Source: Minisyncoccota bacterium
GTDB taxonomy: Bacteria; Patescibacteriota; Minisyncoccia; UBA6257
Direction: 5' to 3'
Length of the DNA: 64,000 nt
Assembly: GCA_028695015.1 (NCBI GenBank)
Contig: JAQVJR010000001.1
Span: 180,498-244,497, forward strand
Shown here in pieces: positions 49,706-60,185 of this stretch. Below the pieces are notes generated by a model. The model saw only the letters and a program-made list of their open reading frames with translations. It was not told where the DNA came from and ran no database searches. The number at the start of each line of letters is the position of its first letter. Positions within the stretch are counted from its first letter, which is position 1. The position numbers and the translations under genes were made by a program.

Positions 49706-50428
49706 ATGAATCCAAAATATAAAAAAATAATTATTATTCTTGCTAGTGCACTTTTAATCGGTCTTTTGGTTTTTGTTTTCTTTTTTTCAAAGAGAGGCAA
49801 AATCAAGCTTGGCTGGGATTCAGATATTTATACAGGATTTCTATTGCCTGAAAAAGGAGCCTGGTCTGAATTAGTCGTATATGATGAAGAAGGCAATGAG
49901 AGCTTGCAAAGATCAATTTACCTTGGAGAATCTTATTTGGAAGGAATGCGAATTTATGGAGTAGAAACAGATCCCAATGTAAATAATAGCACTGGTTCTG
50001 TTCTTCAGGTTTGGTATGATTATGCAACTGAAGATATTATAAAAATGGTAAGTAAGGAGAAGCAAGAAAAAGACATAATTTGTATCAATGTTCCTCTAAT
50101 GGAAACATTATTCCCTACACTTACTAATTACTTACCTACAGTAGTTACTCCGGCCAAATACAGCTCAATAAACAGATACACATATGATACATATACTACA
50201 GAAACTGGAAAAACAATTCAAACAGCTAAATTTGTAGATGATTATGAAACAGAAATATGGCTAAGCACAGAAATTCCTTTTGGAATAGTCAAAGGTGTTT
50301 ATTTACCTAATAATTTAATAGTTGCTTATCTGCGTGATTTTGGTTTATTTGGAGCTACACCTTTAATTTCTGAAATACAAGCAATTAATTGTCAACCAAT
50401 AAAATTACTAAGCGAATTATCTGAATAA
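49706..50428 (+). CDS. Hypothetical membrane-anchored protein (start at MNPKYKK)
   Basis: N-terminal TM segment IIIILASALLIGLLVFVFFF. Confidence 0.45.
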   Translation: MNPKYKKIIIILASALLIGLLVFVFFFSKRGKIKLGWDSDIYTGFLLPEKGAWSELVVYDEEGNESLQRSIYLGESYLEGMRIYGVETDPNVNNSTGSVLQVWYDYATEDIIKMVSKEKQEKDIICINVPLMETLFPTLTNYLPTVVTPAKYSSINRYTYDTYTTETGKTIQTAKFVDDYETEIWLSTEIPFGIVKGVYLPNNLIVAYLRDFGLFGATPLISEIQAINCQPIKLLSELSE

Positions 50429-50728
50429 AACACAAATATTTTTCTTAAAATCCTTTTGGCTTTAGGTTTTTAAAAGGGTTGACTTTTGCAATTCTTTTGA
50501 TAAAATACTGTAAAGCCTTGAAAAAGGCTTTTTAAATAGAACATTTGCTTCTAAATTAACATTTTTACTTGGAAAACACAATTAAATAAAGGAATAGAGA
50601 TTGTTAAGAATAAACTGAAATTCATAGATAAAAAACAACAAATAATAACCACGCCTCTGTTTCAAGTCGTTGTTGGCTTTTTTGCATTTTCTTTCCTTTT
50701 TGGTAATTATTACCTCTCTCCTCAAATT

Positions 50729-51748
50729 ATGGTTGTTCAAAGACAAGGAGAGGGTTTTTTAATTAAGGAGAATATTAACCCAACAATTATTGAAGTCAAT
50801 CAATTAACAAAAACAGCCTATGCTTATTCAGAAAATATTTGTGTTGATGGTAGTCAAATATTAGAAACTGATTTAAATGAAAAAACTGATGAAGAATTTC
50901 CTGATTATTTTATAGTAGTAGATGAGAGTAGTTTTTTAAGCTTAAATGCTCCAACAGAATCTTCAATTCCTTTAATTTCAAGAAATACAACAGTTAGCTA
51001 TACAGTTAAAGAAGGTGATAGCCCTGGGAAAATAGCTGCCCAATTTGGCATTAGTTTAAATACTGTTCTATCAGCTAATAACCTTAATTCAAAATCAGTT
51101 ATTAAGCCAGGTCAAGAGCTTGTTATTTTACCTGTTTCTGGAGTTACTCATAAGGTAAAAAGCGGAGAATCTTTATCATCAATTGCTTCAAAATACAAAG
51201 CATCAATTGATGATATTATTAGTTTTAATAATTTGAAAGATGAAAAATCTATTCAGTCAGGACAGGAAATTATCATTCCTGGAGGAATTCTTGCTTCTAC
51301 AGGCTCTTCAGCAAGCACAACAGTGAAAACAACAAGTGCTTCTTCTTCTGGATTAACACCAATGAAAGAAGATACAAGTTCTTGGACTTGCTATGATGAC
51401 TTTTTTGCTTTTCCAGTTTCTGGTGGTTGGAACAAAGGTGTTCTTCATTACTATAATGCAGTTGACATTATTAGTTCTTGTGGTAGCCCTATTTATGCTT
51501 CGGCAGATGGAATTGTAATAGATGCTAAAGGATCAGGTGCTTATAACTTAGGATATGGTAATTTAGTTAAAGTCCAACATAATAATGGCACAATGACAGT
51601 TTATGCTCACTTAAGTGAAGTTTTAGTAAAAGCAGGAGATAAGGTTTATCAAGGAAGTTTATTAGGCAGAATGGGTGACACAGGGAATTCTAATGGTTGT
51701 CATCTTCATTTTGAAGTTCATGGTGCTCAAAATCCCTTTGTTCAATAA
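50729..51748 (+). CDS. LysM (x2) + M23 peptidase; true start probably upstream at a non-canonical codon, which would add a TM anchor
   Basis: LysM YTVKEGDSPGKIAAQFGISLNTVLSANNL and HKVKSGESLSSIASKY; M23 HLHFEVH. In-frame upstream sense codons encode LFQVVVGFFAFSFLFG with no ATG/GTG/TTG. Confidence 0.75.
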   Translation: MVVQRQGEGFLIKENINPTIIEVNQLTKTAYAYSENICVDGSQILETDLNEKTDEEFPDYFIVVDESSFLSLNAPTESSIPLISRNTTVSYTVKEGDSPGKIAAQFGISLNTVLSANNLNSKSVIKPGQELVILPVSGVTHKVKSGESLSSIASKYKASIDDIISFNNLKDEKSIQSGQEIIIPGGILASTGSSASTTVKTTSASSSGLTPMKEDTSSWTCYDDFFAFPVSGGWNKGVLHYYNAVDIISSCGSPIYASADGIVIDAKGSGAYNLGYGNLVKVQHNNGTMTVYAHLSEVLVKAGDKVYQGSLLGRMGDTGNSNGCHLHFEVHGAQNPFVQ

Positions 51749-51859
51749 ACTAAACAATATTTCTTTTAGGATCAGCTATTATTAGCTGATTTTTTAATCT
51801 AATAAATAAAAACAGTGGTATTCTGAATTACCACTGCTTTTTATCAAATATATTAGTAA

Positions 51860-52228
51860 TTATGGCTTATTAGTACATGAAAGACAGGTTTTGGCTGCTG
51901 GATTAGCTCTTAGGCGACCTAATTCAATCTCTTTATTGCAATTCTCACAATAACCATAAGTATTGTTTTTAATCCTTTCTAAGGCCTCATTAACCTCTTT
52001 TAAGCGAAGCTCTAGGGCATATTCAATAGCTAGGAGGTTTTCATAGGTTTCTACTTCTTTTGCTTCTTCATCTGGAGAAGAAGAGCGCTCGCCAAAGCTT
52101 GGAAAACGGGTATCATAATCATCAGCGACTCTCTTATCTTTATCAGCAAATTTTAACAAACTCTCTTTTAAAAGAGTTCTTTCGCTTTCTAATTTTTTCT
52201 TTAATTCAGTTAATACTTTTTTATTCAT
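51860..52228 (-). CDS. DksA/TraR-family C4 zinc-finger protein
   Basis: Coiled-coil N-terminus; CENCNKEIELGRLRANPAAKTCLSC. Confidence 0.7.
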   Translation of the reverse strand: MNKKVLTELKKKLESERTLLKESLLKFADKDKRVADDYDTRFPSFGERSSSPDEEAKEVETYENLLAIEYALELRLKEVNEALERIKNNTYGYCENCNKEIELGRLRANPAAKTCLSCTNKP

Positions 52229-52284
52229 ACTTGTTTTTAATTCTTCTCTATTATCTATATTAAAGGTATTTTCTTGAAAGTCAA

Positions 52285-52313
52285 TTGACGTTAATTTAAA
52301 AAATTGCTATTAT
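52285..52313 (+). promoter_or_regulatory. Sigma70-like promoter TTGACG-N17-TATTAT upstream of tRNA-Gly
   Basis: -35 at 52285-52290, -10 at 52308-52313, 36 nt before the tRNA 5' end. Confidence 0.35.
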
Positions 52314-52349
52314 TAAAAAAGATCAAATTAAAAAGATATTTTTTTATTT

Positions 52350-52424
<75 letters not shown>

Positions 52425-52451
52425 ATTATAAGAAGTAAATGATAAAAGAAA

Positions 52452-52485
52452 AATTCGTTTTCCAACGAATTATTTTTTTATTTCA
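52452..52485. terminator. Bidirectional terminator hairpin aattcgtt..aacgaatt + T-run
   Basis: 8-bp inverted repeat followed by attttttta. Confidence 0.4.
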
Positions 52486-52724
52486 AGTAGTAATTTTTCT
52501 GTTTCCTCAAGCATAATATCATTCAAATCACCTAAATAGTTTTCAAGAAAATCTTTTTTCTCTGTATCATTTTCTGAGTTAAAGATTTTAGCCATCATTG
52601 CCTTTTTCTCATCTTCTAGATTTTCATAAGCTCTCATTAAAGAACGTTTCAAAATAGTATCATACAAATCAGTAATTGTTTTTTCAAATTCTGGAGGAAA
52701 GTTTTTTAAAAAATTTTGTAGCAT
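52470..52724 (-). CDS. Hypothetical small acidic protein
   Basis: 84-aa ORF; no recognisable motif. Confidence 0.3.
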   Translation of the reverse strand: MLQNFLKNFPPEFEKTITDLYDTILKRSLMRAYENLEDEKKAMMAKIFNSENDTEKKDFLENYLGDLNDIMLEETEKLLLEIKK

Positions 52725-52768
52725 TTATTTTTTTAAATAAATTTTGACCTTTAAATATTTCTAATTGT

Positions 52769-53935
52769 TTAAATTTTTGTTTTACCACCGGCATCAACTA
52801 ATTTTTCAACAGCTTTTAATTCTATAAGCATAAAAAGGATTAATATTAATAATATTCCTGAGCCTAAAATACCAAAAACTTTTCCTAGTGATTCAATTCC
52901 TTTTTTCCCTGCTTTCCCCATTACTTCAAGTCCTTTTTTACTCATTGTTCCGAGTTTTTCAAATCCTTTCTTTCCTTGTCCTTTAATAAATTTAAATGCA
53001 TTATTTATTGCACGAGGATGCTTTTCAAAAGCATTATCTGTTTCTTCTGCTATCCTTTCAATATCATCTCTTAAGACCATCAGGTCCTTTTGTTTTTCTG
53101 GATCATTAAATATATTAGAAGAGTCTTTTATATGTTGCCATACATTATCTGGGTGCCACATATTTTCAATGTCTTTTCCATGCCTAAAAGCTGTTCTTTT
53201 AAGCTCTAGTTCTATTTTTTCTATTTCATTGTCTTTTTCCTTTTGCTCAATAGTTTCTGGTTTACTTGTATCTTTTGTTAAGCTTTCTTCTTGGCTTTCT
53301 TTATCATCTTGTTCTTCAGGCTCATATATTTCTTCGTGTCTAGGAGCTTCTTGAAGCGTTTTTAAAAGTTCAGCAGATTCTTTAAATTCTTCCTCTGAAG
53401 ATGGTAAAGGGCTTTCTGGTTTTGGTTTTATCTTTGGTTCTTCTTTTAATTCTTGTTCTAGTTCTTTTACCAAATTAGATAATTTTTGATGTTGTTTTTC
53501 TATTACCTTTTGTTCTTCAAAATCTTCAGGGATTTTGTATTCTTTCTTTTCTATTTTTTCATATTCTTGATCTAATTTTTCTCTCCAATTATCTATTTTA
53601 GCTATTAGTGCTTGTGTGCTCTCTTTGTCTATTTTTGGTGCTGGTTTTAATGTTGATTCTGGTTTATCTGGCTTAGTATCTTTTAATTCTAGTTCATAGG
53701 TCTTAGTTAAATAAGACAGTTTATCATGCTGTTGTTGGATTTTGTCTACTTCATTTTTATCTTCAATAGTTTTGTATTCTTTTTCTTCTATTTCTTCAAA
53801 TTGCTGATCTAACTCTCTTCTTAATTTATCCATTCCTTGTATATTCCTTTGTACGCTTTCTTTTTCAATTCTTTCGGTTACTTCTTCTTCTGTTTGTCTT
53901 CTTAGGTTTTCAAATGATGGAGTCTCAATTGACAT
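52769..53935 (-). CDS. Tail-anchored acidic coiled-coil protein with internal ~70-aa duplication, immediately downstream of clpP
   Basis: Repeats ...LDQQFEEIEEKEYKTIEDKNEVDKIQQQHDKLS... and ...LDQEYEKIEKKEYKIPEDFEEQKVIEKQHQKLS...; C-terminal TM segment GILGSGILLILILFMLI. Confidence 0.45.
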   Translation of the reverse strand: MSIETPSFENLRRQTEEEVTERIEKESVQRNIQGMDKLRRELDQQFEEIEEKEYKTIEDKNEVDKIQQQHDKLSYLTKTYELELKDTKPDKPESTLKPAPKIDKESTQALIAKIDNWREKLDQEYEKIEKKEYKIPEDFEEQKVIEKQHQKLSNLVKELEQELKEEPKIKPKPESPLPSSEEEFKESAELLKTLQEAPRHEEIYEPEEQDDKESQEESLTKDTSKPETIEQKEKDNEIEKIELELKRTAFRHGKDIENMWHPDNVWQHIKDSSNIFNDPEKQKDLMVLRDDIERIAEETDNAFEKHPRAINNAFKFIKGQGKKGFEKLGTMSKKGLEVMGKAGKKGIESLGKVFGILGSGILLILILFMLIELKAVEKLVDAGGKTKI

Positions 53936-53940
53936 GTTTA

Positions 53941-54558
53941 TTATTTTTTAGGTTTTATAATCTCATCTATAATACCGTATTTTTTAGCTTCTTCTGGCAC
54001 TAACCAAAAATCTCTTTCAGTTTCTTTAGCGATTTTAGTTAATGGTTGTCCAGTATGTTTAGCTAAAAGCTGATTTAATTGTTTTTTAACACGAAGAATC
54101 TGCTTAGCAGCAATCTCTATTTCTGTTGCTTGGCCACCTGCTTGTCCCATTACTTGATGAAGAAGAATTTCTGCATTAGGCAAGGCAAATCTTTTTCCTT
54201 TAGTGCCAGCAGCTAAGAGGACAGCTGCTCCAGAAGCAGCCATGCCTAAACATAAAGAAGAAACATCACATTTAACATGTTGCATTGTATCATAGATAGC
54301 TAAGGCAGAGGTGACAGAGCCACCAGGGGAATTAATATATAAAAGAATATCTTTATTGCTATCTTGATGCTCTAAAAACAGTAATTGAGCAATAATAGTA
54401 TTAGCTAAGGCATCATCAATAGGTCCACCTAAGAAAATAATTCTTTCTTTTAAAAGACGAGAATAAATATCATAAACCCTTTCCCCAATATTGGTTTTCT
54501 CAATTACAGTAGGGATTAAGACCATGTTATTAGAATTTTGATTAGTCATAAATATCAC
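53941..54558 (-). CDS. clpP: ATP-dependent Clp protease proteolytic subunit
   Basis: Catalytic-triad context: [11 protein letters not shown] (Ser), LHQ (His); INSPGG. Confidence 0.9.
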   Translation of the reverse strand: MIFMTNQNSNNMVLIPTVIEKTNIGERVYDIYSRLLKERIIFLGGPIDDALANTIIAQLLFLEHQDSNKDILLYINSPGGSVTSALAIYDTMQHVKCDVSSLCLGMAASGAAVLLAAGTKGKRFALPNAEILLHQVMGQAGGQATEIEIAAKQILRVKKQLNQLLAKHTGQPLTKIAKETERDFWLVPEEAKKYGIIDEIIKPKK

Positions 54559-54650
54559 TTATTTAAGTAGTTTTTATTATAACAAATTTGTAAATAGTTG
54601 TAAAATAGTTTCTGGCAAAAAAAGAATAAAATTGATATAGTAAAATTATC

Positions 54651-55346
54651 ATGAACACAAAGAAAGAGCAAAAAGAATTAACAATTGTAATTCCTGCTTA
54701 TCAATCAGAAAAAACCATTAAAAATACAATCTCGTCTTTAATTAAATATTTCCCTCAAGCAGAAATTCTTATTGTTAATGATGGGAGTACAGACAAGACT
54801 AAAAAGATCAAAGATATTTTTCAAGAACAAATTGTTTATTTAGAAAATGAAACAAATAAAGGAAAAGGTTATAGTTTGCGAAAAGGATTTGCTCAAGCCC
54901 AAGGAAAATATATTATCTTTACAGATGCTGATTTGCCTTTTAAAGTTCAGGATATAGAAAGAGTGTTTCAAAAATTAAAACAAGGCAATGCTATTATTAT
55001 TGCTCGTCGCGAAGAGTTTTATAATGATGTTTTTTATAAAAAACTATTCAGGCCTTTTCTTTACTTTATGTTATATCTTCTTTTTGGTTTTAAATATCTT
55101 GATACCCAATGCGGACTTAAAGGTTTTAACAAGCAAGCTGGAAAGAAAATTCTAGCAGCGTCAATCACTAATGAATTTGCTATTGATATAGAGATTTTGT
55201 ATTTGGCAAGAAAATTAAATTATCCCATTGCTGAAATTGTAGTCAAACAGGAGCTATTTTCTGCTTCTACTTTTCGCTTAGCTCATATTTTTAGAATGCT
55301 CACTGACTTGTTTAAAATTAAATTTCATCATTATGAAATATCTTAA
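54651..55346 (+). CDS. GT2-family glycosyltransferase (polyprenol-phosphate sugar synthase-like)
   Basis: LTIVIPAYQSEKTI...VNDGSTDKT...FTDADL (DxD). Confidence 0.7.
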   Translation: MNTKKEQKELTIVIPAYQSEKTIKNTISSLIKYFPQAEILIVNDGSTDKTKKIKDIFQEQIVYLENETNKGKGYSLRKGFAQAQGKYIIFTDADLPFKVQDIERVFQKLKQGNAIIIARREEFYNDVFYKKLFRPFLYFMLYLLFGFKYLDTQCGLKGFNKQAGKKILAASITNEFAIDIEILYLARKLNYPIAEIVVKQELFSASTFRLAHIFRMLTDLFKIKFHHYEIS

Positions 55347-57363
55347 ATTACAGAAAATTTTTATTATTTTAATGTTTGTTTTGGTTTATGGATTTTTGAT
55401 TTATCAGATTCCTTGGAAATTAGTTTTTACTGATACCATGATTGCTGGTGGAGATACAGGTTCGCATAATTATATTGCATATTATGCTCAGGAAATTTTT
55501 CCTAAAATAAAATGGTGGTCTCCTGATTGGTATGCTGGTTTTCCTTTTTTATACTTTTATCCTCCTCTCCTCTATTACATAACAGTGATTTTGAGCTTTT
55601 TTATCCCTTTAAATATTGCTTTTAAATTAATTACCTTAACAGGAACTTTTCTATTACCTCTGGCAATATTTCTTTGTTTGTATTTGCTTGATTTTAAATT
55701 CCCAATTCCATCAATTGGAGCTTTATTGAGTTTAAGTTATCTTTTTTTAGAAGAATTTTCTATTTATGGAGGTAATATACCAAGCACTTTAGCAGGTGAA
55801 TTCTCTTATTCTTGCGCCTTTGCTCTTTTCTTTATTTTTATTGGTTTATTAATAAAAGGCATTAAAGAAAACAAGTTTTTAATTTTAAATATCTTGATTT
55901 TATCTTTAATGGTTCTTATTCATCCTTTTTCAGTAATAGTTTCAGTTTTAATTGGTGTTATTCTTTTTATTCAAAGCATAATACAAAAAGAAACCAAAAG
56001 GGTTTTTTGGTATTTAGCAAAAGTATTTGGTCTGGCTTTTGCCTTAACAGCATTTTGGTCTTTGCCTTTTTTAGCGCTTTTACCCTATACCTCAAAAATG
56101 CAATGGACAAAAGTAATTAAGCTTAGTGAGATTTTCCCTTCTTCTTTAATAATTTTCCAAGCACTGGCTGTTTTAGGATTTCTCTTAGCTTTAATTAAAA
56201 AAGAAAAAAGAATTATTCCTTTTCTTTATATTATCATTAGCTCTTTAATTCCATTTTTGGTTTTAAATCATTCTAGCATTTGGAATACCAGGTTTTTGCC
56301 CTTTATTATCATGGGTTATTTAATGCTAGCTGCTTATGGCTTAGGTTCTTTATTGCAAAAAACTAAAAAACTACTTCCTTTTGTCTGTCTTTTAATATGT
56401 TCAATTGGTTTTATTTTTTTCTATCTGCCTGAGAATATATCTTATATCCCCTTTTGGTTAACATGGAATTATGAAGGATTTCAAAACAAGGAAACCTGGT
56501 TTGAAGTGGAGGATCTGGCTGATTATTTAGTTGATTTACCATATGGTAGAGTAATGTGGGAGTATCGTTCTGAATATGATAAATTTGGCACCCCAAGAGT
56601 TTTAGAAAATCTACCGATATGGATTAACAAACCAACTTTTGAAGGTTTATTAATTGAATCTTCTCTTTCTGGATATTTTCATTTTCTTAATCAGGCTGAA
56701 ACTACAGAAACGCCAACAGCAGCCATAGCTGGAATAAAATATCCACCTTTTGATTTTAAAAAAGGGGTCAGGCATTTACAATATTTTGGTGCTCAATATT
56801 TTGTTGCTTTTACCCCAAATATTAAAAACTTAGCAGATGAGCATCTGATTAAATTAAACAATATTGGAGAATTTAATGTTTATAAAGTACCAAATTCAGA
56901 TTTAGTAGAAGTTTTTGAAGATTTTGACTTAATTTTGAAAAACAAACATTGGCTAGATCAATCTATTGATTGGTATCAAGAAACAGATTTATCAAAACCA
57001 ATCATTTTTTATAAAAACAAAAAAGAACTTAAAAACATTCAAGATAATCTGAAAAACCTTAAAGAACCAATTAATGAAGAAGCAGGAATAGAGATAATAA
57101 GAATAGAAAAAGATTCTTTGTCTTTTAAAACTAATCAATTAGGTAAACCTCATTTAATAAAATATACATATTTTCCTGGTTGGCAAGTAAAAGGAGGTAA
57201 GGGTCCTTATTTAATTAGTCCTAGCTTTATGGTAATTATTCCCACAGAGCAAGAGGTGATTTTAAGTTATTCTTATAACCTTTGGGATAAGATAGGTTTT
57301 GCAATGTCAATTGCAAGCCTAGTCATTTTAATTTTATTTGCCTTTGCCTTGCTGTCTCTCTAG
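55333..57363 (+). CDS. Large polytopic membrane protein, possibly a GT-C-type glycosyltransferase
   Basis: At least 12 predicted TM helices over the first ~380 aa, then a ~290-aa soluble C-terminal domain; overlaps the GT2 gene by 14 nt. Function is inferred from context only. Confidence 0.35.
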   Translation: MKYLKLQKIFIILMFVLVYGFLIYQIPWKLVFTDTMIAGGDTGSHNYIAYYAQEIFPKIKWWSPDWYAGFPFLYFYPPLLYYITVILSFFIPLNIAFKLITLTGTFLLPLAIFLCLYLLDFKFPIPSIGALLSLSYLFLEEFSIYGGNIPSTLAGEFSYSCAFALFFIFIGLLIKGIKENKFLILNILILSLMVLIHPFSVIVSVLIGVILFIQSIIQKETKRVFWYLAKVFGLAFALTAFWSLPFLALLPYTSKMQWTKVIKLSEIFPSSLIIFQALAVLGFLLALIKKEKRIIPFLYIIISSLIPFLVLNHSSIWNTRFLPFIIMGYLMLAAYGLGSLLQKTKKLLPFVCLLICSIGFIFFYLPENISYIPFWLTWNYEGFQNKETWFEVEDLADYLVDLPYGRVMWEYRSEYDKFGTPRVLENLPIWINKPTFEGLLIESSLSGYFHFLNQAETTETPTAAIAGIKYPPFDFKKGVRHLQYFGAQYFVAFTPNIKNLADEHLIKLNNIGEFNVYKVPNSDLVEVFEDFDLILKNKHWLDQSIDWYQETDLSKPIIFYKNKKELKNIQDNLKNLKEPINEEAGIEIIRIEKDSLSFKTNQLGKPHLIKYTYFPGWQVKGGKGPYLISPSFMVIIPTEQEVILSYSYNLWDKIGFAMSIASLVILILFAFALLSL

Positions 57364-58632
57364 GAAATTAAAAACTTTTTCATTACGCATAATACTTAAA
57401 GCAAATTCTTTTAAATCCTCTTGATTAATCTTTTCTTTTATTTCAGGCGTTGGAATTTGTTTTAATATGTCATTGATTTTATCTTGAATTTCTTTCTCAG
57501 TAACTTCAATTTTCTCCAAAGAAGCAATTTCTCTTAAAACTAAAGAAGAAATAACTCTTTTTTTTGCTAATTTTTTTAAATCTTTCTTTAATTCTTCTTC
57601 ATTTTTTTTAATTTGCTCTAAGTATTTTTCAAAAGGTAATTGGATCTGATTTAATTGATTTCTTAATTCCCCAATCATAATATTTAATTCACTCTCTACA
57701 AGTATTTCTGGAACTTCAATTTGAGTTTCAGAAGATATTTTTTCTAAAACTTCAGCTTGCCATTTTTCTTTTTCTTTTTGTTGTTTTTCTATTAACAGCC
57801 CATCTTTAATATTTTTCTTCAATTCTTCTATGTTTTTAAATTTACCTACATTTTGGGCAAATTTATCATCCAAATCAGGTAATTCTTTTGTTTTAACTTC
57901 TTTTAAGAATACTTCTATACTTAGAGTTTTACTTTGAAGTTGTTTTTCCGGCCAATTTTTAGGAACAATAATTTCAAAATTTTTCTTATCTCCAGATTTC
58001 ATCTTAATTAAATTGTCTTCAAATCCAGGAATAAAATTTCCCTTTCCAAGAATAAAAGAATAATTCTTATCCTCACCATTAGGAATAGTGTTTTGGTTTT
58101 CTTTAATTTGATAATCAATAGTAACAATATCATCAATCCTTGCCTGGCGGTTAACTGTTTGTAAAACAGCGCGAGAGTTTTGAAGCCAAGAAAGAGCTTC
58201 AGTTATCTCTTTAGCAGTTACTGTTAGTTTATCCTCATCCTTTTTTAGTGTGTTTTTTGCGATTGTTTGATAATCAGGTAAATGAATTTCAGGGATTACA
58301 GTGATCTCAATTTTAAATACCACCTCTTGACTAGGAACGATTTTCGTGATGTAAATATTTGGACGACCTATAGCCTGAATATTATTTTCTAAAATGATTT
58401 CAGGATACATTTTCTCTATAGCCAAAGCAGCCATTCTTTCAGATACTTTCATGGGAGAAAGATGGTTTTCAGCAATAGGCAAAGGAGCCTTACCTAAACG
58501 ATAACCATTAATTTGAAGGTCTTTGTTCAATTCTTTTAAAGCAGTTTCTTTAAAAGGTAAAAGATCTTTATGGTTTAAAGAAACTATAATTTCTTGTTTT
58601 GATTCTGGTAAGGAATTAATTTTTAATTTCAT
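57334..58632 (-). CDS. tig: Trigger factor (start likely MKLKIN at 58632)
   Basis: Ribosome-binding region NGYRLGKAPLPI; PPIase domain; C-terminal chaperone arm. Confidence 0.8.
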   Translation of the reverse strand: MKLKINSLPESKQEIIVSLNHKDLLPFKETALKELNKDLQINGYRLGKAPLPIAENHLSPMKVSERMAALAIEKMYPEIILENNIQAIGRPNIYITKIVPSQEVVFKIEITVIPEIHLPDYQTIAKNTLKKDEDKLTVTAKEITEALSWLQNSRAVLQTVNRQARIDDIVTIDYQIKENQNTIPNGEDKNYSFILGKGNFIPGFEDNLIKMKSGDKKNFEIIVPKNWPEKQLQSKTLSIEVFLKEVKTKELPDLDDKFAQNVGKFKNIEELKKNIKDGLLIEKQQKEKEKWQAEVLEKISSETQIEVPEILVESELNIMIGELRNQLNQIQLPFEKYLEQIKKNEEELKKDLKKLAKKRVISSLVLREIASLEKIEVTEKEIQDKINDILKQIPTPEIKEKINQEDLKEFALSIMRNEKVFNFLERQQGKGK

Positions 58633-59881
58633 CTTTTTTGTTTTTTTCTTTTTTTGAATTTGTTTCTTTGATAGGGTCAAGCTCTGTTTTTGTTTGCTCT
58701 TCAGCTAATTCTTCTGCTTCAGCTATTCCATCTTGTATTGTTTCTTCTGGGGCTAAGGCAGAGCGAATATCAATTTTCCATCCTGTAAGTTTTGCTGCTA
58801 ATCTTACATTTTGTCCATTTTTTCCAATAGCTAAAGATAATTGTTCTGGAGGAACAAAAACCCGAACTTCTCTTTTTTCTGATATAACCTCAGTTTCTGA
58901 AATCTTAGCTGGGCCTAAGGCAGCAGCAACATATTTGGTTGGTTCTTCAGAATAAGGAATAATATCAATTTTTTCTCCATTAAGTTCATCAATAATAGTA
59001 GTTACCCTTGTTCCTTTTTGTCCTACACAAGCGCCTACAGGGTCAACGCTTTCTTCATTAGAGGCAACAGCTATTTTTGTCCTATTGCCTGGTTCTCGGG
59101 CAATAGATTTTATTTCCACAATACCTTCAGATATTTCTGGTACTTCAATTTCAAACAAACCAGAAACAAATTTAGGATGAGAGCGAGATAATAGAATAGT
59201 TGGTCCTCTACCTTTTTCTTCTAAGCGGAGAATATAGAATTTCTTTCTTTCACCAACTCGGTAATATTCTCTTGGAATACCTTCATTAATATAAAGAACA
59301 CCAAAGGTTTTGCCTAAGTCAACATAGATATTTTTTCGTTCAATTCTTTGAATAATACCATTAACTATTTTTCCTTCTTTTTCTTTAAACTCTGAAAGAA
59401 CAGTTTCTCTTTCAAATTCTTTTAATTTTTGTAAGATAACCTGTTTTGCAGTTTGAGCAGCAATACGACTAAAATCACTTTTGATTTCTAAAGGAAAAAT
59501 CAATTCTTCATCAACTTTAGAATCTGGTTTTATTTTTTTTGCTTCAGCTAAAAGAATATGTCTTTCTGGATTAAATTTAATTTTACGCATTTCCTCATCC
59601 CCATCTTCTTTAATTCCAGTCTTTTTTTCTTCTATTAATTTTTCCTCTTCTTCTGCTGTTAAAACAGAAGCTGGGTCTAAAACAAGTTTAGTTTGCCAGA
59701 ATTTTAATTCTCCATTTTCAGGATTAATCTTAGCATGAACGATTTGAGTCTTCTTACCATATTCTTTTTTATACGCAGCAGCAAAAGCAATCTCCAAAGC
59801 TTCAAAAACACTTTGTTCTGATAGTCCTTTTTCTTCTGCTATTTGGCGGATCAATGGTTTTAATGTTTTTAAATCTATCAT
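58616..59881 (-). CDS. nusA: Transcription termination/antitermination factor NusA
   Basis: NusA N-terminal domain MIDLKTLKPLIRQIAEEKGLSEQSVFEALE, S1 and two KH domains. Confidence 0.85.
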   Translation of the reverse strand: MIDLKTLKPLIRQIAEEKGLSEQSVFEALEIAFAAAYKKEYGKKTQIVHAKINPENGELKFWQTKLVLDPASVLTAEEEEKLIEEKKTGIKEDGDEEMRKIKFNPERHILLAEAKKIKPDSKVDEELIFPLEIKSDFSRIAAQTAKQVILQKLKEFERETVLSEFKEKEGKIVNGIIQRIERKNIYVDLGKTFGVLYINEGIPREYYRVGERKKFYILRLEEKGRGPTILLSRSHPKFVSGLFEIEVPEISEGIVEIKSIAREPGNRTKIAVASNEESVDPVGACVGQKGTRVTTIIDELNGEKIDIIPYSEEPTKYVAAALGPAKISETEVISEKREVRVFVPPEQLSLAIGKNGQNVRLAAKLTGWKIDIRSALAPEETIQDGIAEAEELAEEQTKTELDPIKETNSKKEKNKKDEIKN

Positions 59882-60185
59882 TTTTTTAATTTTTATTAAG
59901 AAAGACCGCTTGTCGCGATCTCTTCATTAATATTTATTCTACTCTCTTTTTTTAAAAAGTCAACTTTTATAATTAAGCATTAATAGTTTTTTAATTAAAA
60001 AATTAAAAATCATAATATATAACCCAAAGAAGAATTTTTAAAATAAGGTTTTATTATATAAAAGAACTTAAATTAGTTTTATCAGTTTTCTAAAGAGAGA
60101 ATTATTTTTTTATGAAAAACAATAATTTACATTATATTAGATATTCTTAGGATATATTAACATGTATTTTTTACAATTTTAAGCG

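Noticed and set aside
49553-50027. N-terminal 51 codons of track ORF 49553..50428 and ORF 49803..50027 (-)
   Set aside because: The 49553 start is antisense to ksgA; the hydrophobic anchor begins at the internal Met (49706), which I use as the start.
50481-50537. TTGACT-N17-TAAAAT promoter-like sequence immediately followed by a hairpin plus T-run
   Set aside because: A promoter feeding straight into a terminator makes little sense. More likely chance hexamers in AT-rich DNA, with the hairpin being the terminator of the upstream 49706..50428 gene.
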